Source of the DNA: Lingula anatina
Taxonomy: Eukaryota > Animalia > Brachiopoda
DNA length: 64,000 bases
Direction of reading: 5' to 3'
NCBI GenBank assembly: GCA_051362555.1
Contig: CM120641.1
Location: forward strand, 33,672,401 to 33,736,400
The notes beneath the pieces were generated by a model. That model worked only from the letters and a program-made list of their open reading frames with translations, ran no database searches and was not told where the DNA came from. Every line of letters begins with the position of its first letter. Within the stretch, counting starts at the first letter, position 1. The position numbers and the translations under genes are program-made. Shown one piece after another: positions 1-13,479 of the stretch.

Positions 1-111
1 GTAAAACTGCACATTTAGTAAACATTCAAGTAATGATTTTTCCCATGCTACTTATAGCAAACAATGCTCTTTTACCTTGATCTGCTACATGTTTTTGGGT
101 TTGACAAAGCA

Positions 112-2211
112 TACAAATTTGCAAAAAGTTTTGTGTACAGACGCAGAACTTGTATTTCAAGGTATAAAATGATAAGTCTTTTAAATTATTTTATACTTCA
201 GATACATGTAAAATAACATTCAGAAACAAATCCTCAAAGCATAAACGAATTAGGATTACGAACCATTTTAGTACATAAGTTCCTATTTTTTTCTTTAATA
301 TACCGCTCTTTTTTCTGTTTGTTCTTCAACACGTTTTCTTCCACGGAAGTAATGCCTGGGCATACGCATGCTTCAAGTTACCCTGAGAGCAATTACTTTT
401 ATTAATGTTCGCGACGGTGTTTGAACTCAATTGTTTAAATATTGATATTAAACGTCATTTACAAATACCAATAAAATCACCCCATGAAATAAATGAGATA
501 TTTTGAAAAATATGAAAGCCCACCAAGACGATTTAGATACCTGTTATTACCTGGGTTGGGAAGTGCAGCGGTGCATAATTAACAGTGTAGAACTTACATA
601 ATGGCTATGTGATAACATCTCAAACAATTATGGTAGAGTGTTGCATTGCAGTGGTTATGCAGAGGTAAACTAGCCAATCATATTTATTGGACTTGTAGCA
701 TTGGGTCATTTGCATAACTGGCACTATAATAAAGAGCTGCACAGGTAAATGTTGATAATTGCATATGAGGTCCATGTTATTTGTGAAATTCAATTTATTT
801 TATTAAACCGCTGACACTCCGTCTTGCATACTTTTATTAAACTGAGGTAAACAATGCCCGTTACCTTTACAAGTCCTATCTTAATCATCCATCTAACTGG
901 AACTTCCTTTACCTCTTAATTAGAGGGTTAAATGGCATTCAGTTTGTCTTGCTTGTATTGAACGTACTCTCTATCTAAGCTTTACTCCAGTTATCTCAGG
1001 TAAAAATCTACCTGTGTGTTAGTTACAAAGCGCAGCTCCCGTAGACCTGGGGGTACTAGATAAAATCTGAACACCAGGTTTATCGAGGAGCTAGAGAAAG
1101 AAAGGAAGAATTTTTCCTGCACAACTTCATAGGAATTTTAACATGGACTTGATCCAGCTTAGACCTCCAAACTAACAGGGTGACATGGGCAATTTTCACA
1201 AATAAATCATAAAACTATATTTCAGTTAACCGCCTTTAAAATAAATATACCGTTCTGGGTAAATTAAAATAGTTATTAAATCGCGAGAATATTTTTGACT
1301 TAAATGATGATTTTATTATTAATGGAAATTGAGCTACTATATGAGGTACATTTGCTGTGATTACGCTGTCCTTCATGCTTTGCGTAAGTCTACATTTTGC
1401 TGTATGTGCTTGTAATTTTTTTAAATATGTGCGTACAATTTTTGCAGGTCTGGTTACCCCCCTGTTATGTGATGAGAGTATAAATTTGGCAATTAGTTCC
1501 TTAGCTTATTTTAATAGAATTGCAGTGTAAAATTTTCAACAAGATGTTGGCAAAATAGCCCATTACTCTTTGTAGGTATTTCCCCCGTCAAAGTTTGTCT
1601 AAAATTATCTTTCAATCTTTACTCTTTCAAAGACAGTATAAAGTTACCTGACATATTTTCGTGTAAACTTAATGACAAGCCAAGTATCTCCAGTTCATTC
1701 CGTACTCAATTTTACCCAAGCAAATTTTTTTCTTGAGTAGATCTTTATAGCACGGTGTTATAAGCTTACAAATTTGCAAAAAAAAAAATTGCGTACTGAC
1801 GCAGAATTTGCGTTTCAAGTTATAAAATAATCAATCTTTTAAATTATTTAATATTTCAGATGAAATAATCTTCAGAAACAAATCCTCAAAACATAAACGA
1901 ATTAGGATAACAAACCATTTTATTACAGCAGTTCCCATTTTTTCTTTAATATAACGCTCTTTTTCCTGTTTTTCCTCAACACGTTTTCTTCCACGGAAGC
2001 TTCAAGATACCCTGAGAGCAATTTCTTTTATTAATGTTTGCGACCGTGTTTGAACTTAACTGTTTAAGTATTGATATTTAATGTCATTTACAAATACCAA
2101 TAAAATAACCCCATGAAATAAATGAGATATATTGAAAAATATGAAAGCCACCAAGACGAGTTTCATACCTGTTATTACCTGGCTTGGGAATTGCAGCGGT
2201 GCATAATTAAC
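112..2211. repeat. Diverged direct duplication, 112-583 vs 1767-2211
   Basis: Collinear blocks from tacaaatttgcaaaaa to gcagcggtgcataattaacag. Confidence 0.8.
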
Positions 2212-2779
2212 AGGTTTTATTGTTAACGAGCTCTTGGTCAACTACAATGAATTTAGAAATGCATCAGCAATTAGTAAGCTTGCCAACTGATGACAGTATC
2301 TTAAAGACTATCAGCTTTTGATATGATCTAAATCACCTGAGGTGACCGAGATCGCGAGGATCGCAACTATTGTCACCGAAGTTAGTAAGTTAGTCACGGA
2401 AGACCGTCACAGATAAAGAAAGATAGTCAAGGAGTGCTGCAATTTTGGTGAATCCCACGGCAACACACTGAGGCATAAAGAAAATTGCTCAACTCCGTTC
2501 AACACAACTTTCCAAAATTATTCTGTCTGTTTGCACCATGCAGCTTAGTTGAGTCTCATAGACCTTTATCCCAATGGTCGTCACAGTACCGCGTGACCCA
2601 GATCTGTTGCTTCATTTATGCATATTGAGGTGAGGTTTACTAAAACGCTTTTTTACTACTAATAGATTGTTTTTATAATTTTTAAATGGCGGGGATCGAT
2701 TAAAACATACCTCTAGTGTATAGATTGAGTGTTGAATCTTCAAAATTCGAGAAATGGATTTTTATATGACCATTGTCCT

Positions 2780-3797
2780 TTAACAGTTCCCGAATTAGAG
2801 ACAGATTTCAGTTTTGATATCTTATGGCCACTACTCCCGTGAAAATGCACCGATTGACCACAAACTCACGGAGATGAAAGATTACCTGAAGGGTAACACC
2901 TTCCAATAAGATTATAGGTTAGGTCTGTGTAGTTTCTGAATATCAGCGCAAATAATTTTTTTTCGTAAAAATTTTTTTTTTAATTTTGGACCCTTTGACC
3001 TTGAAATAAAGGTCAAAAGATCAAATCCAAGGGCATATTTGAAATCTCCACATATGACTTTCTGTCAGCCGTCTGTAGAAATTTTTCCCATAATTCCTTC
3101 AGTATGGTAGATAATTAGCATTTAATTTTGCCATTTTTAGACAAGGGCGCATTGCAATGAGCACCACACCTAGACCCCAGCACCGACAAAGCCCAAATTT
3201 TATGTGGAACAAGTTGAGATTATAGGTGACCTACATCCAAGAGATGGGTATGCAGGCGATAACGGTAACATGGCAGCAGAGCCGGTGTCTCATGCAAAAA
3301 TGCACCAACTGACCCCAAACTCCCAAGGATGAAAGGAGTTCCTAATTGTAACCCCTCAATATAATATTAGAGCTTAGGTCTGTAGAGATTCCATAAAACT
3401 TGGCACAAACAAATTTTTTTTTAGAAAATTTTGGCCAGTTTGACCTTGAAATAAAAGTCAAACCCAATGGCATATTTGGAAAATCCACATATGACTTTTG
3501 GTCAGATTTCTGTAATTTTTCGAATAATTCCTTCAGTTTGAGAGATATTAAGCACTGAATTTTCAAAAAATTTGATAAGGGTGTGTTTCAACGAGCGTCA
3601 TGCCTGGGCCAATGCACCGACTGAGACAAAAAAACAGGGGGTTCAAGTTGAGATTATACGTGACCTTAATCCAAGAGATGGGGACACAGGTCCTTGCGGT
3701 CTAGGAGGAGAAGCGGTAACGGCGACTTGTATCCCACGCCATCCTGCGGAGCCACAGGAGCTATATGAGTACTGCCAGCGTACACGTTGGTAGTAAT
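2780..3797 (-). mobile_element. Terminal fragments of HINE family A (two diverged segments in tandem)
   Basis: Similar to 34880-35470. Ends in the subTIR/IR hairpin gtactgccagcg...cgttggtagta. Confidence 0.75.
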
Positions 3798-3859
3798 AAA
3801 TATTCAGTCAGGCTGGTTTACATGTGGTTGTACATAAAAAAGTTACAACAACAATATAC

Positions 3860-3996
3860 CTTCACAGTCACAAGAAGTATTCAGTGACCAAACATTCAGT
3901 CCAGCTTTCTTCAATTCTTCTTCTATTACATCCACTTTCCCAATCTTTGTTCCTTTAATCGGTATATGTGCCAAGACTTTGTAATCATAGCCTTCG
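3860..3996 (-). CDS. Host gene exon, C-terminal part of SEA-like domain (EGYDYKVLAHIPIKGTKIGKVDVIEEELKKAGLNVWSLNTSCDCE)
   Basis: ttttttcatttgtacatttcAG acceptor, AG|GTAT donor, 137 nt open, phase 2 in, phase 1 out. No further exon was recognised in 1-3859, so the gene likely continues beyond the window. Confidence 0.85.
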
Positions 3997-5829
3997 CTGA
4001 AATGTACAAATGAAAAAAAAAACTACTTTTTTTTTCAGTTATATTTCACTGCATTTTTCATTTGGATTAAACCCTTTCATATTATAAAATTCCATAATTA
4101 GTATTTTCTTAAATGAAATTCGATGCTGAATACCAATCTGGCAAATATTTATACACCAATTATTTGCATTGGTGATTTGACAATTCTTAAAATGGCTGCC
4201 AAAAAGGCCTACCAAAAGTTTCATCAACAACAATCAGGGATACTACAGTGTGTCATGTGTCTTTTCTTGTGTTTAGGGGTTGCAGAATCCATTCTGATGT
4301 TAATACTGTGATTGGTACATTTCAGAGTGGGTTCAGTAACCATGTGAGCTTACAGTTTACTGTCATGCCAGACTGAAGGAGATAGAATCTTTGATAATGG
4401 AGACAATGAACCACTACAACTGTCTTGGTCAGTCAAAATGAAGAGTGATAAGATCTCTCAACATCTGTTGGATAGGAATTACATGGAAGAATCAATTATC
4501 CCAACCAAAAAACGAATACTTTTAAATTATTAAGATAAGATGAATGATACACCTTTATCCTACAGGTACAAATCCAGAAGAAATTGCTATCATAAGCTGA
4601 AGCCAGCAAAAATGTTGCCAACGTAATCCCCAATACCCAAATCTACTAAAAATATTTTCCTATTCTTGAGAAAAACATTCCCAACAGAAGCATGTAGGAT
4701 TTTTATATATTCACGAAACAACAGTAATGTGCTGTGAACTTTGAACAGCTTGTACTATATTTGATTGTAGACAATCACATCTCAGTCTCGGCACACAGCT
4801 GACAGAGATGTAATACCCAGCCTGGCTTTCATGGAGAAAGATGCCTTCAGCCTTAGATGCCAATGTGCAATCATTTTGGCCTCCCTGCATGACAGAGAGA
4901 GACTGTCATACCTAGCCTAGGCTTCCATGATAAAGGTAAACCTGTGCATGGCAAATAATGAAATGCAGCTGTTTTGGAGTCTCTGAATGATATAGAGACT
5001 GAAATGAAAAGCCCAGCTTTTGCAGTGAAAGCTACCTGTAAGCCGATATGTGGCCCCATAAGAGACTGTAACACCCAGCTTGGCGTCTGCAGTGAAGGCT
5101 ACCTGTGCACCATAGATACTGATATTCAGCCGTTTTTACCTCTCTGCATGGCTCTGGTTAAATAAATCAAGTCTGATAGTGCAGCTCTTAAGGGACATCA
5201 GATATATATATACCCAAATATAGCTAAAAATCGTCACTTTTGGTTCTTTATGTCTTATTATTGGTTAAATGTGTATCAAAGTTTAACAGAATAAAATTTT
5301 TACATTTTGAACAAAAAATGTTTTTTCTGAGGATTCTTATGCTGCACACATCGGCCTGGTCTATGCCCCACCTTCGTTGTCAAGGGCCGTTGGCATGGGT
5401 AAACCCGGTGGGCGGACCTTAGCAGCATCAGCACGACTAGAGAAACAATAGAAGGGGATGCGCCATGCCCCCTTTGTCATAAACAGCGATTGGCAAAGCA
5501 GTGCCTATTGTTCCGCTTAAGCTGTTTTGATAGTCGCTCCTGATTGTGATCAGCGCTAAGATGAATCTTTTCGGACACATTAGATTTGCTCGAAATACAC
5601 ATTCTGCTTGAATTGCTTGTTGTTACAAGCGCTCTTTCGATTTTTTTGTTAACTTTTTAAGATACGCAAAAAAAAAAAAGAAAATTCCGTTGCTTGCTAC
5701 CGGTGACCGCAACCATCATACTATCGATCCATTTTCGACAACAGCTCGATGCAGTTGTAAGATTTTAAAAATCTACATTTTTTGGCCAACCATGATATTA
5801 TTTTATATAAATTTAGTGCATTTTTCATA

Positions 5830-5831
<2 letters not shown>

Positions 5832-5868
<37 letters not shown>
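5832..5868. repeat. (TA)n microsatellite
   Basis: Direct reading. Confidence 0.95.
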
Positions 5869-5871
<3 letters not shown>

Positions 5872-8307
5872 GTATGTACAAATCCTCTGTATCAATCATA
5901 TAGGCACAATTGTTCTGACCCCCCCCCCCAATCAAACTGAGGTAAACAATGCCTGTAACCTTAACAAGTCCTATCTTAATCATCATCTAACTGGAACTTC
6001 CTTTACCTCTTAATTGGACGGTTCAGTGGCCCTTAACTCTTCTGTACCCTCTTTCTTGAGAATATCGAACGCATTCTCGCTGGCGATATTTATCTCAGTA
6101 AAAATCTGCCTGAGAGTTATTTTCAAAGAGCAGTTCCTGCAACCCTGGAGGCACTAGATAAAATCTGGACACCAGGTTTAAGAAGGAGCTAGAGAAACAA
6201 AGGAAGAATTTTTCCTGCAAAGCTTCAAAGAATTTTGACACGGACTTGACCCAGCTTACCCCTCCAAACTAACAGGGTGACGTGGGCAATTTTTACAAAC
6301 AAATAATTAAACTTAGATGTATCAGAGCTCTGTCGTGTCGTACAATTGGTTGTTTTTGGGAGCCATGCATCCACATGTAAGGTGAATGAAACTGTATGTT
6401 AGTTCAACTCAGGTGGATCCAGGATTATTCAAAGGGGGTTCCACATATGCGAAGCTAGCCTCCTTTTAAATAAATATACCGTTCTGGGTAATAAGAATAT
6501 TGAAACTTTTTTAACTGCGAGAATATTTCTGACTCAATGATGATTTTATTATTAATGGAAATTAAGCTGTGATGTGTGGTACATATGCTGTAATTACGCT
6601 GTCCTTCATCTCTTGCGTTAGTCACATTTTGCTGGGAATTTTAAAAATCTGTGCGTACAATTTTTAAAGGTCTGGTGACGCCCCTGAATCTATGCAACTT
6701 GGGCAATTTGGTCTGATCGGCGTCCTGTAACACTTCCTGTTTTCGAACCATTTTTCGCTTGGCAAATGTGGACAAGACCGTCTGCAATGCTGCTATTGTG
6801 TGCACATCCCAGAGCGCATCCCTTACACTTGCCCCGACGGCAATTGATATGGCCATTGATTGCTTGAGTCATTAGGGCTTACTTGATTGCCTGTCAATCA
6901 TTCTGGTAGTGCTAGTGGTAAACACTTGAAGTTACTAACAGGAGGTGAGAATGATACAAAAATAAGATTTTCTGATATCCAAATGCATGCAAACAGGCTA
7001 ATTTCAACCGGCAATAGAGTACCCATCTTCTTGATTATCAGAATGAGAACAGGTAAAGCTGTCAACAATTTAATTTTGTTATTTTGGACAATTAACCTCC
7101 CTGAAAGGGTTTTTGCTTGTTTTCTTTGCTTTCAATATTGACGAGATAGCGTTATCGTAGCAAGCTATAACTGTCTACCTGTACACCTGAGGGAGACCAA
7201 ATTCACCATGCTAATTATGAAAAGTATGCACTAAAAGTGCTTTTTAAGAAATTTTGATTGATCCTCTCTTTTCTAATTTATAGACTTTGAAAGTGAAAAT
7301 TCCCTAATATTTTGATGTAATTTCACCTTTTTTATAGATAAAATCAACAATAAGTTTCTAAAGAAAAATCCCTGACTCCATCCTGTAGTACTTTGTTCAA
7401 GTGTTATAATGCCATTAAAAGGAAGTTTATAGTTGTCCAGGTGCTTGAGAAAATCAGGTGTATAAAAATGGTGTTTTTGTCCCCAAAATCCCAATATTAC
7501 GTCACACGATGAAGTTGGAGCTGTGTTCCAAGCATAATTAGATTTGAAGATACATTAAATGAACATGACAGGAATAAAAAAGCTAAGACCTTTATTTAAG
7601 GAGAAAATATCAAACCTACATCAGTCCCTTAATTGACTCTCCTGTTATTTATGAAACCCCCTAATGGAGATGATAATGCAGTTTTGCATCCCATGCCAAC
7701 TGCACCGATCATTATCTTGCACCTTGGTTCGCACGTTGTGCTTGGGTATGAATATGTACATTTCTGGGTTGCAAGTGTGTAACTTATATCATAAACATCC
7801 TTTCAATCATTCTCTCTGCTTAGATTTAACTCCATCATCATATACATGTACTATCCATCCTTTAATTCATGTAGTCTACAGAACCACTTCATTACTGCAG
7901 TTCTCTAAAAGCATTTTTATCCAACAATATTCTGTTCGAAATGTTCTGCTCAAAGGGCGGAAAGATATTCTTGGTGATCCAATCATTAAAAAAATATTCC
8001 TTGCTGGTTAATACACGTCCAGCAAACCTTGAGAGATCTTATCAACATTTGTTTTGACTGACTGAGATCAGTGTCTTTCGTCTTGACAGTGAACTATTGG
8101 CACACAAGGTAACCAAACTCCATTAAAAAAAATAAGTAACAGGCAGTACTACCGGTACCATAATAAAAATATATATTACAACCCTAAAAACATAAGAAAA
8201 CATATATTACAAATTTTTGGTCCTTCAATCAGTCTTTTAATTAGTTACTTAGTAGATACTTAGTAGAACAAAAGAAGCATGCTATATAAGGCAAGGAAAT
8301 TACTTAC

Positions 8308-8351
8308 AAAAATTCAATGTAAAAAGATGGGTCATAGCCAGCATCCTTTAT
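8308..8351 (-). CDS. Host gene 44-nt exon (IKDAGYDPSFYIEF+TT)
   Basis: tatattttcAG acceptor, GTAAGT donor. Phase 0 in, phase 2 out, matching the next exon (TT+C=Phe). Confidence 0.8.
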
Positions 8352-8375
8352 CTGAAAATATAAAACATATTCTCT

Positions 8376-9795
8376 AACTAGAGGATCAGAAAGGCGATAC
8401 CAGCTCCAAGTATTGTAACACCTCCAGTGTTGTGCTTGATAAATTCTACAAAATGCAGTTAACAAGAGTTCTCAATTTTTTGTTGAAAATTACAATTTAT
8501 AACAAAATCATGGGGAAAAGTAAAAATTCAAATCCAAATTTGTGAAATGTGCTTCATGGCAAAAAGTGGGTTAAAGGTCAAATTCAAGGTCACAAAAAGA
8601 CTGTCAATTTATGAGTTCTTATTCAGTAGTATCTATGGGCATAGTTTTAGAGATATAAGTGACTGAAAAGTTGCAAAATTCATGATGAAAATTAAGCCAA
8701 AGGTTCATTTCGAGGTAACAGATAGATTGCCAGTACATGATTTCCTATTTAAGTTCAATAGTAACTCTGGGCGAATCTCTGGCAGTTTTGGAGATATAAG
8801 GGATGGAAAGTTTGCAAAGATCAGGGCTCCGTAACTCAAAAGCATCGTGAATTGCGATAGCGTTATCACCGTTCATTTCGCGGCTATTACATATGAGGCA
8901 AGTGAATGCCCAGTACAGATGGAATAGAGATGCTTGCGCACGTAGTTCGTGATGCTTTCGAAATTGTAGAGCCGAGATCATGTTGAAAAGTAGGTCAAAG
9001 GTAAATTTCAAGAAAACAGTAGTATTGCCAGTGTATGACTTCCTATCCAAGTTCAATAGTACAGTAACTATGGACGCATCTCTGCCAGTTTTGGAGACAA
9101 AAGGGATGGAAACCTTGCATAGTACAGTTAATGGTAAAATGTAGCTGAAAGGTCAATTTTAAGGTCGCAGTAAGATTGTCAGTATGTGACTTCCTATTCA
9201 AATTCAATAGTAACTAGAGGATCAGAGAGGCAATGCCGCCTTCGGATATTGTACCACCAGCTGGAGTAAGCACATTGGTATGGAAACCACCCCTCCAAAA
9301 GGGACACCATCACCAGTCTTGTGCTTGACAAGCTCAATAAAATGCGATCAACAAGAGTTGTCAAAATATGCAAAAAAATATAACTAAAAATGGTACAATC
9401 AAGCAGATTTTCGAATTGACCTGCATTTTCCTACCATTGAGCACTGATGTGATTCTCTAGGCAAAAGGCCTATTGGTTTTCCTTGAATATGTTGTGAGTG
9501 GTGCATATATGCTGACAAAAGAGAAAACCTAGAGGCAACACCGAGAACATCTCTGCTCATTTTGAAGATATGAAGGGCAAGAAAATATAAAAAAGTAGGG
9601 CAAAGGTCAATTTCAATATCATAGTATATGAATTTCTATTCAAGTTCAAAAGTAACCATGGGCATTTCTTTGCCGATGAGATAAAAGGAAACCAAAATTT
9701 GCAAAGTTCAGTTCATGGTGAAAATAAGGTCAAAGGTCAATTTCCAGGTCACACTTAGATTGCCAGTATATGACTTCCTATTCAAGTTCAATAGT
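8376..9795 (-). mobile_element. Old HINE family A copies (termini at 8376 and 9212) with diverged satellite monomers
   Basis: aactagaggatcaga termini and degenerate aggtcaaaggtca monomers. Confidence 0.75.
8824..8975. mobile_element. About 150-bp MITE inserted in a satellite monomer (possibly Harbinger-type)
   Basis: Imperfect TIRs ggctc...aaagcatc..gaa / ttc..gatgcttt...gagcc. The monomer resumes afterwards. Confidence 0.5.
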
Positions 9796-10779
9796 AACTA
9801 GACTGCAACTGGCTGAAGCCAGTAGCGGAGGATTCCCCTGCAAAATAGGTGTGGAAATGCTCTTACAAGGTCATGTGAAGGTCATGGGTTAAATTTGACC
9901 CCGTATTATGAAACAGCATGTGCGAATTGGGGGGGGGGGGGGGGGTCAACAAAACATCACTTTTAGCCCACTTCAATATTTCCCAAAGAAATAGCCGAAT
10001 GACCTTGAAAATGAGGGTCAAGGTCAAATTTTACATTTGATTTGGGGGTGTTGGGTATATGTTTGGGGTAGTTACTATAGCATGTTATCACAAAAAATCA
10101 GGATTTCATGGAGAAATTGACAAAGTCACTATTTCTGTGAAATTAATAATATTTAAAAATCTATATTAAAAAATCTAATCAGTCAATAATCAATATTATT
10201 AGCGACTGCACTGGATAGATATCCAGTGCAACTTTTTACATCATCCTTGTGGCTCTGTGACATCTGGTTTACCCCCAGCCGAGGCCTGACCTACTTTTCC
10301 TAAAATTGGGTCACGTGATATAGAATCATTGTGTGACCTCACCTATGAAAGGATTTGTCAAAATGTTGAAAATTCTAGGAGATATTGCTTTTTGAAATTT
10401 GCAAAAATTTCTCTTTAAAAGGCTCTGTGACCTTGAAAATTATGTCAAGGTCAAAAAATTGGGTGGACCGGAATAACTTTTCATAGGCTATCAGTGTAAA
10501 TTTTTTCAGAATTTTAGAAAGAAATTTTTTGACAAAAAATAATAAGAAGAAGAAGAATAACTAGACTGCAACTGGTTGAAGCCAGTGGCGTAGGATTCCC
10601 CTTCAAATTAGGTGTGGAAATGCTCTTACAAGGTCATGTGAAGGTCATGAGTAAAATTTGACCCCATATTCTGAAAGAGCATGTGCAAAATTAGGGGGGG
10701 TCAACAAAACATCACTTTTAACCCACTTCAATATTTCTCCATGAAATAGCCGAATGACCTTGAAAATGAAGGTCAAGGT

Positions 10780-13050
10780 CTAGAGGATCAGAGAGGCGAT
10801 ACCGCCTCCGAATATTGTACCACCAGCTGGAGTAAGCGCAATCATATTGACCCCCACACACACAAAAAAGGGACACCACCACCAGTCTTGTGCTTGACAA
10901 GCTGTAAAAAAATGCAATCAACAAGAATTCTCAAAATATGCAAAAAATATATATATATATATAACTAAAAATGGTACAATCAAAGTTCAGTCCATAGTGA
11001 GGTTGGTCAAAGGTCAATTCAAGGTCACAGTAAATTTCCAGTATATGACTTCCTTTTCAAGTTCAAAAGCATCTATGGGCCTATCTCTGCCAGTTTTGGA
11101 GATAAAAGGGAACCAAAATTTGCAAAGTTCAATTCATGTTGAAAAGTAAGTCAAAGGTCAATTTCAAGGTCACATTTAGATTGCCAGTATATGACTTCCT
11201 ATTCAAGTACAACAGTAACCATGGACCTATCTCTGCCAGTTTTGGAGATAAAAGGGAACCAAAATTTGCAAAGTTCAGTTCATGGTAAAAAGTAGGTCAA
11301 AGGTCAATTTTAAGGTCACATTTAGATTGCCAGTATATGGCTTCCTATTCAAGTTCAATAGTAACTATGGGCGTATCTCTGCCAGTTTTGAATAAAAAGC
11401 ATTAAAATTTGCAAAGTTCAATTCATGATGAAAGTAGGTCAAAGGTCAATTTCAAGGTCACACTTAGATTGCCAGTATATGACTTCCTATTCAAGTACAA
11501 TAGTAACCATGGACCTATCTCTGCCAGTTTTGGAGATAAAAAGGAACCAAAATTTGCAAAGTTAAGTTCATGATGAAAAGTAGGTCAAAGGTCAATTTCA
11601 AGGTCACATTTAGATTGCCAGTATATGACATCCTATTCAACTTCAATAGTAACTATGGACCTATCTCTGCCAGTTTTGGAGATATAAGGGACTAAATGTT
11701 ATAATTTTGGAGTTACAATAATGTGCCATAAATTTTCTACAGAAAAAATTAAAGATGCATACAAAGTCAATTTTTTGTCACAAAAACCAACCAAATGCCA
11801 GCATATAGTTTCAAGTAGTATAACTAAGAGAATTACCAAAAGGCATTGTTTAATTTTACCTGAAAATGATGTTTGAACAGATTTTTCTGCTGGCATTCTA
11901 AGCTGTATGTCAATGGGGCAGGAAAGTAGGTCACGGAAGTAGGTTAAATTTACAACCATAAATTTAAAGAAAGGAGCAGTCTAAAGGTCTTTTATGGCTG
12001 ATCGAGTGATCTTTTCAGTTTATCCCTTGGCATGTCGAATTTATTTGAGTCATATAAGAATCTAGTAGAAGTGGTTTACATGTGTTACTGGGAATCCACT
12101 ATCCACCGATGCTCGGTTCGTATGTACCTTTAATTAAAATAAAGAAAAGGTCATTTTGGTCAAAATTCTTGAAATGGGAGGTGCTCTGTAGTTCCAGATG
12201 TTCAAATTTGATGAAATAATAATCTCATTTTTGAACACAAGTTGTCTGGCTTGCCAATCCTTATGTTTTATTTTTCCGGGGTTCAAAATTTATTATCCAT
12301 TACCATACTGCACATTTTGCTTTCACCACCAATATGTACTTTTTGATACAGCGTAACTCGAAAACCGTATGGAATACAAAAAAACAGAGACCACATACAG
12401 TGTTGGGCTTTACATGCTCTACAAAATGCAAAAAAGAATTGGTCTCTAGCATTAACGGTTCCCAAATTAGAGACAGTTTTCAGTTTCGGTATCTTATGGC
12501 CGCTACTCTCTTGAAAATGCACCGATTGACCCAAAATTCACGGAGATGAAAGATGACCCTAAGGGTAACACTTTCAAATAATATTATTGGTTAAGTCTGT
12601 GTGCTGTCTGAATAACAGCGTAAATAATTTTTTTTTCATTAAAAAATTTGTTTTTTTGAAAATTTTGGCCCGTTTGGCCTTGAAATAAGGGTCAAAGGTC
12701 AAATCCAAGGGCATTTTTGAAATCTACACATATGACTTTTGGAAAGCCATCTGTAGAAATTTTTCCCATAATTCCTTCCGTAGGGTAGATAATTAGCATT
12801 TAATTTTGCCATTTTTGGACAAGGGTGCATTGCAATGAGTGCCACACCTAGACCCCAATACCAACAAAGCCCAAATTTTACGTGGAACGAGTTGAGATTA
12901 TAGGTGACCTAAATCCAAGAGATGGGTATGGAGGCCCTTACCGTCTCGGAGGAGAAGCGGTAATGGTAACTTGTCGGCGGAGCCGGCGGAACGATCTGGA
13001 TGGGACTAAAACCATGTGTACCGCCAGCGCTAAAGCTGGTGGTACAATAA
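10780..13050 (-). mobile_element. HINE family A copy with about 5 satellite monomers
   Basis: ctagaggatc end, palindrome gaggcg-atac-cgcctc, subTIR attgtaccaccagc/gctggtggtacaat. Confidence 0.88.
11753..12129. mobile_element. Kolobok-type MITE (377 bp)
   Basis: TTAA TSD at both ends, TIR agatgcatac/gtatgtacct. Absent from sibling HINE copies (empty site aaaaattaattaaaataaag near 34555). Confidence 0.75.
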
Positions 13051-13479
13051 TAAGAACAGGAAAAACAATAGTATTCCCTTATGGGGAATCCTAATATTGT
13101 AGGAGATATTGCATTTTGAAATTTGCAAAATTTTCACTTTAAAAGGCTCTGTGACCTTGAAAATTAGGTCAAAGTCAAAAAAATTGGGTGGACATGAATA
13201 ACTTTTCATAGGCTATCAGTATGAATTTTTTCAGAATTTTAGAAAGAAATTTTTTGACGAAAAATTATAATAAGAAGAACTAGAGGATCAGAGAGGCGAT
13301 ACCGCCTCCGAATATTGTACCACCAGCTGGAGCAAGCGCATTCGTATAGACCCCACATACACAAAGTAAGGGACACAGCCACCAGTCTTCTGCTTGACAA
13401 GCTGTAAAAATGCAATCAACAAGAATTTTCAAAATATGCAAAAAATATATATAACTTAAAATGGTACAATCAAAGTGAA

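Larger units (their letters stand above)
838..6686. repeat. Dispersed repeat pair, about 838-1463 and 5933-6686, each ending in a hAT-MITE-like terminus (...cccctg)
   Basis: Collinear from aaactgaggtaaacaatgcc to ggtctggt..c.cccctg. Confidence 0.7.

Noticed and set aside
2301-2783. TTAA-flanked element
   Set aside because: The right end gtcct|ttaa has no matching left TIR.
6690-6872. Small Cys-rich minus-strand ORF as a possible antimicrobial peptide or host exon
   Set aside because: No signal peptide, no convincing acceptor, and the flanking exons already join in phase without it.
7890-8040. Open minus-strand stretch SKEYFFNDWITKNIFPP as a host exon
   Set aside because: Weak acceptor, ends in a stop, no recognisable domain.
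12283-13094. Recurrent short ORFs in HINE-A copies (MERVEIIGDLNPRDG and similar)
   Set aside because: Similarity reflects DNA repeat identity. Starts, stops and lengths vary between copies and there are no Rep or helicase motifs.
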